Origin: Spirochaetaceae bacterium
Lineage (GTDB): Bacteria; Spirochaetota; Spirochaetia; DSM-2461
Length of the DNA: 64,000 nt
NCBI GenBank assembly: GCA_965224705.1
Contig: OZ245056.1
Location: 1,312,001 to 1,376,000, forward strand
Reading direction: 5' to 3'
Positions 40,624 through 50,590 of the stretch are shown here, piece by piece (positions within the stretch are counted from its first letter, which is position 1; each line of letters opens with the position of its first letter). The notes beneath the pieces were generated by a model, which did no database searches, was not told where the DNA came from, and was given only the letters and a program-made list of their open reading frames with translations. The translations under genes were made by a program, and so were the position numbers.

Positions 40624-42048
40624 ATGCCTGAGACTTTGACCAATTTACTTTACATTGTCTCGGCCATGCTCTTTGTGTTTGGACTCAAGATGCTTGGTAA
40701 GGCGGATAAGGCCCGTAAGGGGAATCTGATTTCAGCCATCGGCATGCTGCTGGCCATTGTGACCGCACTGGCATCGGATTCCATCATTCACTGGCCATGG
40801 ATTGTAGCAGGACTGACGGCTGGTTCGGTTATCGGCTTGCTTGCAGCCCGTCTTGTTGCCATGACTTCGATGCCGGAGATGGTCGCCCTGTTTAACGGCT
40901 TTGGCGGTATTGCCAGTCTTCTGGTTGGCTGGGTGGAGTTTCAGCGTCTGTACACAGCAGGACTTATCGGATCAACACCATGGAATTCCCTGATGATTAT
41001 CGGGGTAACCATATTGATCGGCGGGGTAACCTTCACCGGTTCCATCATTGCATGGGGAAAACTGTCTGAAAAAATGACCTCCAAACCCATTCTTTTCGGA
41101 GGTCAGCAGGTGGTGAACGGTCTGGTGGTTTTACTAATACTGGCGGCCATTCTTCTCATCTCCATTGGCAGGCCCATGATGGGTGCTGACAGCTATCTAC
41201 CGTTCCTGACCCCCTATACGGCACTGATCTTCCTTGGAGGCTTGAGTCTCATACTGGGAGTGATGGTTGTTATTCCGATCGGCGGCGGTGATATGCCGGT
41301 TGTTATATCCCTCCTCAATTCCTACAGTGGAATGGCCGCATGTGCGGCAGGTTTCGTGATTAAGAACAATGTTCTTATCGTTTCCGGTGCATTGGTGGGA
41401 TCAAGTGGAATCATTCTTACCAACATCATGTGCAAGGCCATGAACCGGTCTCTGTCCAATGTACTCTTCAGTGGTTTTGGCTCAGGCGACGGTGGGAAGA
41501 AAAGTGCCGGGTTCACCGGTGAGGCTAAACCGATTACGGTGGAAGATGCCTATCCCATACTGGAAGCAGCTCAAAACGTGCTCATTGTTCCAGGTTATGG
41601 TATGGCCGTAGCCCAGGCCCAGCATGCGGTACAGGAACTGGCTTCCCTTATGGAAGAAAATGGTGCCGATGTGAATTTTGGGATCCATCCGGTAGCCGGA
41701 CGAATGCCCGGCCACATGAACGTCCTTCTTGCTGAGGCCAATGTTCCCTACGAGCAGCTCCGTGAGATGGATGATGTGAATCCAACGATTGAAATGGTGG
41801 AAGTTGTTCTTGTCATTGGTGCTAATGATGTGGTAAACCCGGCGGCACGAAGTGATGAGGGTTCACCCCTGTACGGTATGCCGGTTATCAATGTTGATCA
41901 GGCCCGGACGGTCATTGTATTCAAGCGGTCTTTGAATCCTGGATTCGCCGGAGTCGATAATCCTCTGTTCTTCTGCGACAATACAAGGATGCTGTTTGGG
42001 GATGCAAAATCTTCATTGCAGGGATTGGTGGCAGAGTTTAAGAGTTAG
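40624..42048 (+). CDS. pntB: NAD(P) transhydrogenase subunit beta
   Basis: DMPVVISLLNSYSG and HPVAGRMPGHMNVLLAEA motifs. Confidence 0.96.
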   Translation: MPETLTNLLYIVSAMLFVFGLKMLGKADKARKGNLISAIGMLLAIVTALASDSIIHWPWIVAGLTAGSVIGLLAARLVAMTSMPEMVALFNGFGGIASLLVGWVEFQRLYTAGLIGSTPWNSLMIIGVTILIGGVTFTGSIIAWGKLSEKMTSKPILFGGQQVVNGLVVLLILAAILLISIGRPMMGADSYLPFLTPYTALIFLGGLSLILGVMVVIPIGGGDMPVVISLLNSYSGMAACAAGFVIKNNVLIVSGALVGSSGIILTNIMCKAMNRSLSNVLFSGFGSGDGGKKSAGFTGEAKPITVEDAYPILEAAQNVLIVPGYGMAVAQAQHAVQELASLMEENGADVNFGIHPVAGRMPGHMNVLLAEANVPYEQLREMDDVNPTIEMVEVVLVIGANDVVNPAARSDEGSPLYGMPVINVDQARTVIVFKRSLNPGFAGVDNPLFFCDNTRMLFGDAKSSLQGLVAEFKS

Positions 42049-42104
42049 ATTTTTGAGTTCGTGGATATTGGGTTGTAGCGGCTGGATCATGGAGAACGTG
42101 TTAA

Positions 42105-43313
42105 TCATTCTCCGTCAGTATATGCATTCAGAATTCTGATCCCCTCGGCAGCCTTCATCTCTCCAGATAAAACCAATCGCCCAATTCGGGAGTATGCTTT
42201 CAGGTATCGCAGTAAACGGGGCTTGATGGGTATGGATGCGGACTTACTGCTGGTAATCAAGCGGCTGAAGCGAAGAGCATCATTGAGAGCAAGATTTGAA
42301 ATCTGAGCATCGTTGGGTAGAAGACCTCTGGGGATGGCGACATAGTGACTTCTCAATACTTTTACGGAGTTGCCTGGAGCGGGTAGCGATGTGTATGAAC
42401 GGTTATTCTTCAATGCCGTGCCGCCGGACCATGGCGTAACAACTGCGGCCGCAACCTCACCCGAGCTAAGAGATTTCATTGGAGTTGTGGTATCAACAAC
42501 GCTGTCTGCATAGGTGATTGTAATTTTCAGTATATCGGAAATGACATCCGGAATCTGGTGCCCCGGCTCGAATAAATCAGGATTTTCTGCAAGAAGCCAG
42601 TGCAAGCTGGTTATGGCATCCCGAAGATTCAGTGAAAGCGGATAGGGGTATTCCCCTTCAGGAAAACTATCCGATGCTGTCGTTAACCACTGCGACGATG
42701 CATCAATTATACGGCTGTAGGATGCAAGATCCGGTAGAAGGTCAATAAGATCCACATCATCCAGAAGAACCAGATGGGGCAGGGAGTCCTGGGGAATGTT
42801 ATGAAGAAGATAGGGCAACCGTTGAAACTCATGCCACTCAATTTCCAGATGACGAAATGCCAGGGCGGATTTGAGATCTCCAGTATATTCTTCATCATGC
42901 ACGGATGACCAGATCCGCAGCGGGGGGACATCAAGAATGGTTCCATGAACAGAAATCCGCTCGGGGGAAGTAAAAACATCCGGCCCCACGTTCACTTCCC
43001 AGCGATCCAGGTTCCATACCAGTTTTATACTGTTCCAGTCTTCTTTTTTTAACCGGTCAGATTCCCATCGCTGTAAACCTGTATCAGACGCTGCCACCAT
43101 GTAGGCAATCTCAGTCATCCAGGGAAAGAGCGTCTCCAGTTTGATTGCAGGCAAACCATTGCTGTCCGAATCTGGAACAGTCCGGGAGATGAGCATCTCA
43201 GAGTTCAATACTGCAATTTGCTGTTGGTTCAGGGTTAATTCAATGGCTGAAAGAGAATATGTGAGTAAACAGGTCAATGCGAAGATAAGCGCATGAAATC
43301 GGCGAGGGAGCAT
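42105..43313 (-). CDS. Hypothetical exported protein
   Basis: 402-aa ORF with signal peptide; no family recognised. Confidence 0.6.
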   Translation of the reverse strand: MLPRRFHALIFALTCLLTYSLSAIELTLNQQQIAVLNSEMLISRTVPDSDSNGLPAIKLETLFPWMTEIAYMVAASDTGLQRWESDRLKKEDWNSIKLVWNLDRWEVNVGPDVFTSPERISVHGTILDVPPLRIWSSVHDEEYTGDLKSALAFRHLEIEWHEFQRLPYLLHNIPQDSLPHLVLLDDVDLIDLLPDLASYSRIIDASSQWLTTASDSFPEGEYPYPLSLNLRDAITSLHWLLAENPDLFEPGHQIPDVISDILKITITYADSVVDTTTPMKSLSSGEVAAAVVTPWSGGTALKNNRSYTSLPAPGNSVKVLRSHYVAIPRGLLPNDAQISNLALNDALRFSRLITSSKSASIPIKPRLLRYLKAYSRIGRLVLSGEMKAAEGIRILNAYTDGE

Positions 43314-43350
43314 GGTTGATTATCGGCTGATCGCCATGTCCGGCCCAGTG

Positions 43351-45864
43351 CTAATGCATCATATTTTCCACACGCCGATACATGCGGCTGAGAATTCGGG
43401 TTGTTTCGGCATCGGAATCTTTCCCTGAAAAGTCTGCCAGGGATTCCAGGCTCGCAAGACTCACAGCAACAGCTCCATTGAAGTTTCGAATAGCCTTGAA
43501 CCAGTAGTGGCCCGCCCCGTCTGAGTACAGGGTAACAAATCCCATGGCCTTTTTCTTTTTGTGTTTGTTCCCTTTGACGACCATAAGAAGATTTTCCAGT
43601 TCAGCTACGAGATTCTCCCTGTGATCTTTCTTGTGAATATGATAATTGCCTCCGGGAACATGATACCGAACATCCTTTTTAGGGTTTAATGACCTGGCAA
43701 TTCTGATGATTGTGTTGATTTTGGAATCCGGCAGGATTTCATCTTTCTCAAGGAAGAGGGTGCCTCTCATGGAACCGAAATCCGGTAGAGCTTCATTGTT
43801 GTCAGCAAGCATTTCATGGAGTTTTTTCCATTCAAGGTTTACCCGCCTCTTTCCGCCCCGGCCCGGAGTACGTGTAACAGCGAAGGGTTCACCGAAAATC
43901 CAGATATGATCCATGGTATCCTTCTGCTTTTCAATTCGTTCCTTACCCTTAAAAGCCCTGTTACTGTCGAGAAGCATTTCGGGCAGTCTGGGATGAATCG
44001 CTGATAGCCAGGATTTCTGTATGGGTGAAACTGACCGGGCATAAGTTTGACTTGTCTGGACAATTTCTCCGGCAACGATGAATTCGGGATTCTCCCGGAA
44101 AAGGACAGAGCCAGGATGTATGACGATGCGGTCTGCGGCAACACTTCGGTAGGTAAATCGACCGTCCTTTACACAGACAAAGGGAATCAATCCCCGTGCA
44201 CAGGCTTTGATGAAATCTTCGGTTGATCCTCCTTCTGAAACAGGGGTGCCCGTTTTTCCGGTTATCTCTTCAAGCTGCTGAACAATTGCCAGAATTTCAT
44301 CAAGAATCTTTTTGTCCAGATAATACCGTTTTGCAAACTCTACTTTGTTCTTCGCCTCTTTATAATCCCAATACAGATTGAGATAGCTGGCAAAATCACC
44401 AAAAAATTCGGATCGGAAAGTATGATGTGCTTTTCGTGCCTCCAATTCTTCTCCCTGAGGTAAAAGGTAGGGGGCATTGGTGGAAAGAAATGCGGCAGCG
44501 ATAATGGTTTCCCTGAGGACATCCGGGTATCGGGATATTGATTCCACTATCATTCGGGCATGTCGAGGCATCAGGGGATAGAGCACCATGTTCTTTCCCA
44601 CATTGGTAAGATTATTCTCCTGGTCAACAGCATCCAGAAGCCGGAGTGTTTCAACAGCACCATGAATACCTTTTGCAGAGGGCTTGCTGATGAAGGGAAA
44701 GGACTCAAAATCATGAATTCCGATTTCAGCCATTCTCAAAACCACTTCGGCAAGGTCGGTACGGTATATCTCTTCAGGAGTGAATTCCGGTCGTTCGAGA
44801 TAATTCTTCTCTGAGTAGAGGCGATAACAAACCCCCGGTCCGGTCCGTCCAGCTCTGCCTTTCCGCTGATCTGCTGATGCCTGGGAAATCTCTGCTTCCA
44901 CCAGGGCACTGGTAAAGGTTCGGGGATTGTAAAAATTAAGCTTGGCCAGTCCAGTATCCAGAACAGCACTTATACCATCAATTGTAATGCTGGTTTCAGC
45001 GACATTGGTGGCCACAACAACTTTTTTTAAACCATTGGGTGCCGGATCAAAAACTTTTTCCTGCTCCTCACTGCCCAGGCGTCCGTAAAGAGGCATTATG
45101 TAGAGTTTTCGGCAAACCTTACATCCCGAGAGGCTTATTACCGTTTCCTTGATGAGTTTTTCACCCGTACAGAAGACCAAAATGTCACCGTCCTCCAGTT
45201 TACCGGATGACATCTTTTGTACAATTGTTTCCACAGTGGATGTGATTGTATTCAGGAGTATATCATCCTTACCCGTCAGGGGCAGGGGCGCATAGTTGAT
45301 CCTCACGGGATACACCGGTGTATCAATGGAAACGATTGGGCAGTTATCAAAATACCGGCTGAAAACTTCGGGATTCAATGTTGCAGATGAAATTATAACT
45401 TTCAGATCCGTTCTCAAAGGCAGTATTTCTTTCAACAGTCCAAGAATGAAATCGATGTTCAATGTCCGTTCATGGGCCTCATCGAGCATTAATACATCGT
45501 AGTAGGAGAGCAGAGGATCACCTTTCATCTCCTGGAGGAGGGTTCCATCGGTAAGAATCTTCACACGGGTTTCCCGGCTTGTGATGTCTTCAAACCTCAT
45601 CTTGTAGCCGACATAATCCCCTACAACAGCATCCAACTGCTTTGCGATGTAGCGGCTCACGCCAACAGCAGCGATACGTCTCGGTTGAGTTACACCAATA
45701 ATACCTTTGTCCGCATACCCAGCTTCATGCAGTATAATGGGCAGCTGAGTTGTTTTCCCCGAACCAGCAGGACTTTCAACGACGATAACTTGATTTTCCT
45801 TCAAAGATTCAAGAATACGATTTCTCTGGGTGTAGACCGGGAGGTCATGGGGATTCAATGGCAT
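43351..45864 (-). CDS. hrpA: DEAH-box ATP-dependent RNA helicase
   Basis: GSGKTTQLP, TQPRRIAA, DEAHER, SAT and QRKGRAGR motifs. Confidence 0.92.
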   Translation of the reverse strand: MPLNPHDLPVYTQRNRILESLKENQVIVVESPAGSGKTTQLPIILHEAGYADKGIIGVTQPRRIAAVGVSRYIAKQLDAVVGDYVGYKMRFEDITSRETRVKILTDGTLLQEMKGDPLLSYYDVLMLDEAHERTLNIDFILGLLKEILPLRTDLKVIISSATLNPEVFSRYFDNCPIVSIDTPVYPVRINYAPLPLTGKDDILLNTITSTVETIVQKMSSGKLEDGDILVFCTGEKLIKETVISLSGCKVCRKLYIMPLYGRLGSEEQEKVFDPAPNGLKKVVVATNVAETSITIDGISAVLDTGLAKLNFYNPRTFTSALVEAEISQASADQRKGRAGRTGPGVCYRLYSEKNYLERPEFTPEEIYRTDLAEVVLRMAEIGIHDFESFPFISKPSAKGIHGAVETLRLLDAVDQENNLTNVGKNMVLYPLMPRHARMIVESISRYPDVLRETIIAAAFLSTNAPYLLPQGEELEARKAHHTFRSEFFGDFASYLNLYWDYKEAKNKVEFAKRYYLDKKILDEILAIVQQLEEITGKTGTPVSEGGSTEDFIKACARGLIPFVCVKDGRFTYRSVAADRIVIHPGSVLFRENPEFIVAGEIVQTSQTYARSVSPIQKSWLSAIHPRLPEMLLDSNRAFKGKERIEKQKDTMDHIWIFGEPFAVTRTPGRGGKRRVNLEWKKLHEMLADNNEALPDFGSMRGTLFLEKDEILPDSKINTIIRIARSLNPKKDVRYHVPGGNYHIHKKDHRENLVAELENLLMVVKGNKHKKKKAMGFVTLYSDGAGHYWFKAIRNFNGAVAVSLASLESLADFSGKDSDAETTRILSRMYRRVENMMH

Positions 45865-45920
45865 ATAGTTTCATGATACGCCATTAAGGGTTCTGTGGCA
45901 ATCATGAGCAGTCATGTACA

Positions 45921-46141
45921 GGTGTTCGAAAGCTTGTTAGATGGAGCAATCGCTTTCATTATCGAATTAATATCTGACAAAGTAACCAATTACAGCACAT
46001 CTTCCCGGTAGAGATCTTCATCGGTTCAGAGAGCGATTCGCCGAATCACAACGATGGGTCGGTATAAGTTATCATATCAGGCAAAGATTCTCACCTGGCG
46101 GGGTTTGAATGAAATCAGGTTCCAACAAGCTTTCGAACACC
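45921..46141. mobile_element. MITE-like element (221 bp) with a perfect 18-bp terminal inverted repeat, related to family B ends
   Basis: GGTGTTCGAAAGCTTGTT / AACAAGCTTTCGAACACC. Confidence 0.75.
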
Positions 46142-46158
46142 GTGGATTTTTTACAGAT

Positions 46159-47547
46159 TCAGTGCCTTTGATCTGTTCTCAACCTGCAACAGGCCTTAAA
46201 TGCATCACCTCTCCTGAACTCATGCTGAAACATGTCAAAACTTGCAGCACCAGGAGATAGAAGCACAGCATCTCCATTCTCAGTAAGAGACAGTGCTTCA
46301 TCAACAGCAGAATCCATGCTGTCGAATGGACCATCGACTGAAGCCCCCAGTTTCTTTAATCTTGGCATCCATTTATCAGTCGCGCTTCCAGAGAGCATAA
46401 GAATTTTTTTCGGCTTACACGCAACGTCATCGAAGGGTGAAAAATCCAATGCTTTGTCTGTACCCCCGGCGATTAGAATGACCGGGCATGACAGGGCATT
46501 GAGACCCGCAGCGGCTGCGTCTGGAATTGTGGCAGTGGTATCATCGTAGAAACTCACTCCATCAGCTTCCAAAAATTTCTCCATTCGGTAGGGCACTCCC
46601 TGAAATCCTGCCAGAGCTGTCCGTATCAATCCAGCTTCACAGCCCCATAAACGGGCCATTACACCGGCAAAAAGCATGTTTTGTTTAAATGCCTGCCCTG
46701 GAACCTGCAGTCTGGATGGCAACAATTCCTCCACCTCATTGTCCATACGCAGATATCCATTCCCCCTATTATCCAGCCAGGCAAAAGATTTTCTTTCCGT
46801 GTTTACCTCCTGATCAAGGCCAATCAATATGGATCTCCCCCCGGAAGATTCTGCCCATTTTCGCCCATATTCATCATCAGGGAACACAGTCCAGTCTTCA
46901 AAACCTGAATTCTTGAAAATCTCAGTTTTATCTCTTTCATAGTGAGAAAAAGAAGAGTAACGATTTTGATGATCTCGCATAAGATTTGTTATACAGGCAA
47001 TCTTTGGCCGCAATAAAGTATGGGAGTGTAAATCTCCCAGCTGCCAGGATGAGAGTTCCAGCACCACAGGTTCATTGCCGGTCAATTCATGGACAAATGA
47101 GAGAGGATTCACTGCTATATTGCCGCCGATGCGAGTATCAGGGTTGTGTCGTACAAGGATGCTGTGGAGGGCTGAAACAACTGTAGACTTGCCCTTGCTT
47201 CCTGTAACAGCGATTACAGGTGAATGCGAAACTTTTAGAAACAGTGAGATATCCGTTTCCAGATTCTCACGGCCAGAGAGGAGGGGAGAGTTCCATGGAA
47301 TCGCCGGATTTTTAACAATGATATCCGCCTCATCAAAGTCTTCCGCATTGTGCCGTCCTAAAACAAATCGGATACCAAGCCCGGAGAGCTTGTCCACGGA
47401 TTTTTGAAGAACTTCCCTGCTTTGAAGGTCGGTGCATACAACTCTGGCACCATGTCCGGCCAGGTAACGGGCTGTTTCCACGCCGCCTCCATGAAGGCCT
47501 AAACCCATAACGAGAAATTTTTTATTCCTGATTTCCATATCTGTCAT
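46159..47547 (-). CDS. murD: UDP-N-acetylmuramoyl-L-alanine--D-glutamate ligase
   Basis: VMGLGLHGGG, VTGSKGKST, LELSSWQL and LLSPGAASFDMF motifs. Confidence 0.95.
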   Translation of the reverse strand: MTDMEIRNKKFLVMGLGLHGGGVETARYLAGHGARVVCTDLQSREVLQKSVDKLSGLGIRFVLGRHNAEDFDEADIIVKNPAIPWNSPLLSGRENLETDISLFLKVSHSPVIAVTGSKGKSTVVSALHSILVRHNPDTRIGGNIAVNPLSFVHELTGNEPVVLELSSWQLGDLHSHTLLRPKIACITNLMRDHQNRYSSFSHYERDKTEIFKNSGFEDWTVFPDDEYGRKWAESSGGRSILIGLDQEVNTERKSFAWLDNRGNGYLRMDNEVEELLPSRLQVPGQAFKQNMLFAGVMARLWGCEAGLIRTALAGFQGVPYRMEKFLEADGVSFYDDTTATIPDAAAAGLNALSCPVILIAGGTDKALDFSPFDDVACKPKKILMLSGSATDKWMPRLKKLGASVDGPFDSMDSAVDEALSLTENGDAVLLSPGAASFDMFQHEFRRGDAFKACCRLRTDQRH

Positions 47548-47628
47548 TTTGCATGATTTCTTAATTTTAGCTGCAAGTATCATCTTCTCTCCATTACATC
47601 TTTTTCTCAATACGATATACTCTGTTTC

Positions 47629-48477
47629 ATGAATAGTTTTACCCTCTGGTGGCAGCATCTTCCTGAAAAGATGAATCCGGTGTTCCTGAGAATTGGCAGT
47701 TTCGCCATTCATTACTATGGTTTGATGTATGTTGTTGCATTTCTTACAGTATACCTTTTGTGCCGTTACAGGCTGAAAAAAGAATCTCTTCAGTCAACTC
47801 TGAGTCTCGACGCTCTTCAAGGCACTGTCTCGGCGAGCATATTGGGTCTTGTAATTGGAGCTCGGCTTGGATATGTTGTCTTTTATAATTTCAGCTACTA
47901 TATACAGCATCCATTGGAAATCATCCTGCCCTTTGACATAGCCAGCAACTGGAAGTTTACAGGTATCGCTGGTATGTCCTTCCATGGAGGCTTAATCGGC
48001 TTACTTCTTGCTTCGCTGCTTTACATAAAGAAACGAAAATTGGATTTTGATCAAGTAGCCGATATCGTCGTTCCCTGTGCTCCATTGGGATATACTTTCG
48101 GACGCCTTGGGAATTTCATTAACAGTGAATTATGGGGACGAACAACAGAGAAATCAATCGGCATGTATTTCCCCGGTGCTCCGGGCGAAGAACTCCGGCA
48201 TCCTTCTCAATTATACGAGGCCTTCTTTGAAGGAATCGTACTTTTCGGAATTCTGTGGTTCCTTCGCAACAGGATGAAATTTCCAGGTACAATGCTGGCA
48301 TTTTATCTAATCGGGTACGGATTATTCCGATTCCTCATTGAGTTTGTCCGTGAGCCGGATGCTCATCTTGGATTCATTTTCTTTCAACTGTCGATGGGAC
48401 AGATCCTCTGTCTTGGCATGATGCTTGTTGGAGGAGTTCTCTTCTGGAAAAAGTATCGGAGATTCAGGTTGTCATGA
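47629..48477 (+). CDS. lgt: Prolipoprotein diacylglyceryl transferase
   Basis: GMSFHGG, GRLGNFINSELWGR and HPSQLYE motifs. Confidence 0.96.
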   Translation: MNSFTLWWQHLPEKMNPVFLRIGSFAIHYYGLMYVVAFLTVYLLCRYRLKKESLQSTLSLDALQGTVSASILGLVIGARLGYVVFYNFSYYIQHPLEIILPFDIASNWKFTGIAGMSFHGGLIGLLLASLLYIKKRKLDFDQVADIVVPCAPLGYTFGRLGNFINSELWGRTTEKSIGMYFPGAPGEELRHPSQLYEAFFEGIVLFGILWFLRNRMKFPGTMLAFYLIGYGLFRFLIEFVREPDAHLGFIFFQLSMGQILCLGMMLVGGVLFWKKYRRFRLS

Positions 48478-48923
48478 ATCTCAAGAAGCACATAACTCTG
48501 GATACAGTACGGGTCAATTTACCTGGAAACACCAAGCAGGAAGTCATTGAAGAATTGGTGGATATCATCGTTGCAAGTGGACAGAATATGGACAGGGAGG
48601 TGATATTGAAGGCGATTCTTGACCGTGAGAGTCAAATGTCAACCGGTATGAAAAATGGCATTGCCATTCCCCATGGAAAGACAAACACTGTTTCAGAACT
48701 TCATGCTGCTGTTGCTGTAAGCCGTAATCCCGTGGAATTCGATACATTGGACAAGCAGCCTGCCAGAATTCTACTGATGACAGTTTCCCCTGAGTCACAA
48801 ACAGGGCCCCATCTTGAATTCCTTGCGGAAATCAGCCGCATACTTTCCCAGGAAGACATTCGTCAGAGCATGCTCGCAGCTGAGACAGAAACCGAGCTTC
48901 TGGAAATCATACGGAAAGGATGA
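48474..48923 (+). CDS. PTS EIIA domain protein (Ntr/Fru type)
   Basis: RESQMSTGMKNGIAIPHGK with the phosphorylatable His. Confidence 0.9.
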   Translation: MNLKKHITLDTVRVNLPGNTKQEVIEELVDIIVASGQNMDREVILKAILDRESQMSTGMKNGIAIPHGKTNTVSELHAAVAVSRNPVEFDTLDKQPARILLMTVSPESQTGPHLEFLAEISRILSQEDIRQSMLAAETETELLEIIRKG

Positions 48924-48928
48924 ACTAA

Positions 48929-50590
48929 TTGCATAATGATGTTTCCTTGATTCACTTAATGACCAGACTGGTTTTACAGCTTTCGGTCATCATTATTTTC
49001 GTCAAGGTCTTTGGCTACATTGCTACACGGTATTTGAAGCAGTCTTCTGTTCTTGGGGAATTGGTTGCAGGTATGGTGATCGGTCCTTATGCCCTTGGGG
49101 GCATACCTCTGCCCTTTCTGGGAGGAGAGCCGTTTTTCATTATTCCCAATGGAGCCGATATACCGGTGACACCAGAGCTGTATGGGTTTGCTGTTGTGGC
49201 CTCCATAGTCCTTCTTTTTCTTTCCGGTTTGGAAACGGATTTGAAAACATTCCTTCGCTTTGCAGGAACAGGAGCATTGGCAGGGCTGGGCGGCGTCATC
49301 ACGACATTTTTCCTCGGTGCAGGCTCCGCTGTTGTATTTCTGCCTGGTGTAAGTCACATTATGAATCCTACGGCTTTATTTATGGGTATTATCGCAACGG
49401 CCACAAGCGTGGGCATCACGGCCCGTATTCTGTCTGAACGCCGCCAATTATCCAGCCCCGAAGGGGTTACGATTCTATCGGCCGCTGTACTGGATGATGT
49501 CATAGGCATAGTGCTGCTGGCCGTAGTTGCAGGTTTAGTCCGCAGCAGTGGTGATTCTTCAGGTGGAGTTGATTGGGGCCTCGTGGGCCGGATTACCCTC
49601 AAGGCTCTTGGATTCTGGCTGGGCAGTACAGTTATCGGCATTATATTTGCCCCCCGTCTTACAAAGAGTTTAAAGATTCTCAAGGACATGGAATTTCTTG
49701 CTATGGTTTCTTTTGGACTTGCGTTATTGCTGGCAGGATTGTCCGAGATGGCCGGATTGGCCATGATTATTGGTGCTTATGTGATGGGTCTTGCTCTCTC
49801 AAGCACAGATGTTGCGGAAGATATTCGTCATCGCCTTGAAGGTATCTACAGCTTCTTTGTTCCAATTTTCTTCTGTGTCATGGGAATGCTGGTTGATTTT
49901 TCTACCATGCCCAGAGTTGTCGTTTACGGAATTGTTTACACCGCTCTTGGCATTGTGGGGAAAATTGTAGGCTCTGGCGGACTTTCCCTCTTCGGCGGCT
50001 TCAATTTTCGGGGTGCTTTTCGCATTGGAGCAGGAATGCTGCCGCGGGGTGAAGTTACCTTGATTATGGCAGGACTTGGACTATCCATCGGTGTGTTGGA
50101 TCCGGGCCTTTTTGGCGTTGCGGTGATGTCCATGTTTCTGTCGAGTCTGGTCGCTCCTCCGACATTGCTCAAAGCATTCCAGGGAGGAAGCGGCTTCAAG
50201 GGTTCATTGGCTGAAGAGAAGAAGAAAGAACTTCAGACAATTTCATTTGAATTGCCAAGCCGATCATTGGCTGATTTCGTGCTGCAGCGTCTGCTGGAAG
50301 CTTTTCGACAGGCAGAGTTTTTCCCCCGCCGGGTTGATCAGCGCAAACCCGTTTATGCCCTTCTCAAGGATGCCGCCCAATTCACTCTGCTCCGCGAAGA
50401 CTGTGTCATTATCGTCAATGTTTCGCCAGATCAGGAATCCTTTGTCCGATTGCTCCTTACCGAGGAAATTCTTACTCTCAAGGAACTTTTCCGAAGCGTG
50501 GAAAAGGTTGCCGATACCGATTCCATGGAACGTGATATTATTGGAGGTCTTTTTGGAACACAGAACTCAACCGGTGAGGAAGATACCTGA
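48929..50590 (+). CDS. Cation:proton antiporter (CPA2 family)
   Basis: SVLGELVAG, ATSVGITARIL, AAVLDDV and GMLPRGEV motifs. Confidence 0.9.
   Translation: MHNDVSLIHLMTRLVLQLSVIIIFVKVFGYIATRYLKQSSVLGELVAGMVIGPYALGGIPLPFLGGEPFFIIPNGADIPVTPELYGFAVVASIVLLFLSGLETDLKTFLRFAGTGALAGLGGVITTFFLGAGSAVVFLPGVSHIMNPTALFMGIIATATSVGITARILSERRQLSSPEGVTILSAAVLDDVIGIVLLAVVAGLVRSSGDSSGGVDWGLVGRITLKALGFWLGSTVIGIIFAPRLTKSLKILKDMEFLAMVSFGLALLLAGLSEMAGLAMIIGAYVMGLALSSTDVAEDIRHRLEGIYSFFVPIFFCVMGMLVDFSTMPRVVVYGIVYTALGIVGKIVGSGGLSLFGGFNFRGAFRIGAGMLPRGEVTLIMAGLGLSIGVLDPGLFGVAVMSMFLSSLVAPPTLLKAFQGGSGFKGSLAEEKKKELQTISFELPSRSLADFVLQRLLEAFRQAEFFPRRVDQRKPVYALLKDAAQFTLLREDCVIIVNVSPDQESFVRLLLTEEILTLKELFRSVEKVADTDSMERDIIGGLFGTQNSTGEEDT

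Noticed and set aside
46159..47712. Long N-terminal extensions of murD, pepT (50247), slt (57441) and livH (37358) in the ORF track
   Set aside because: They overlap neighbouring genes or promoters; family homology begins at downstream starts.
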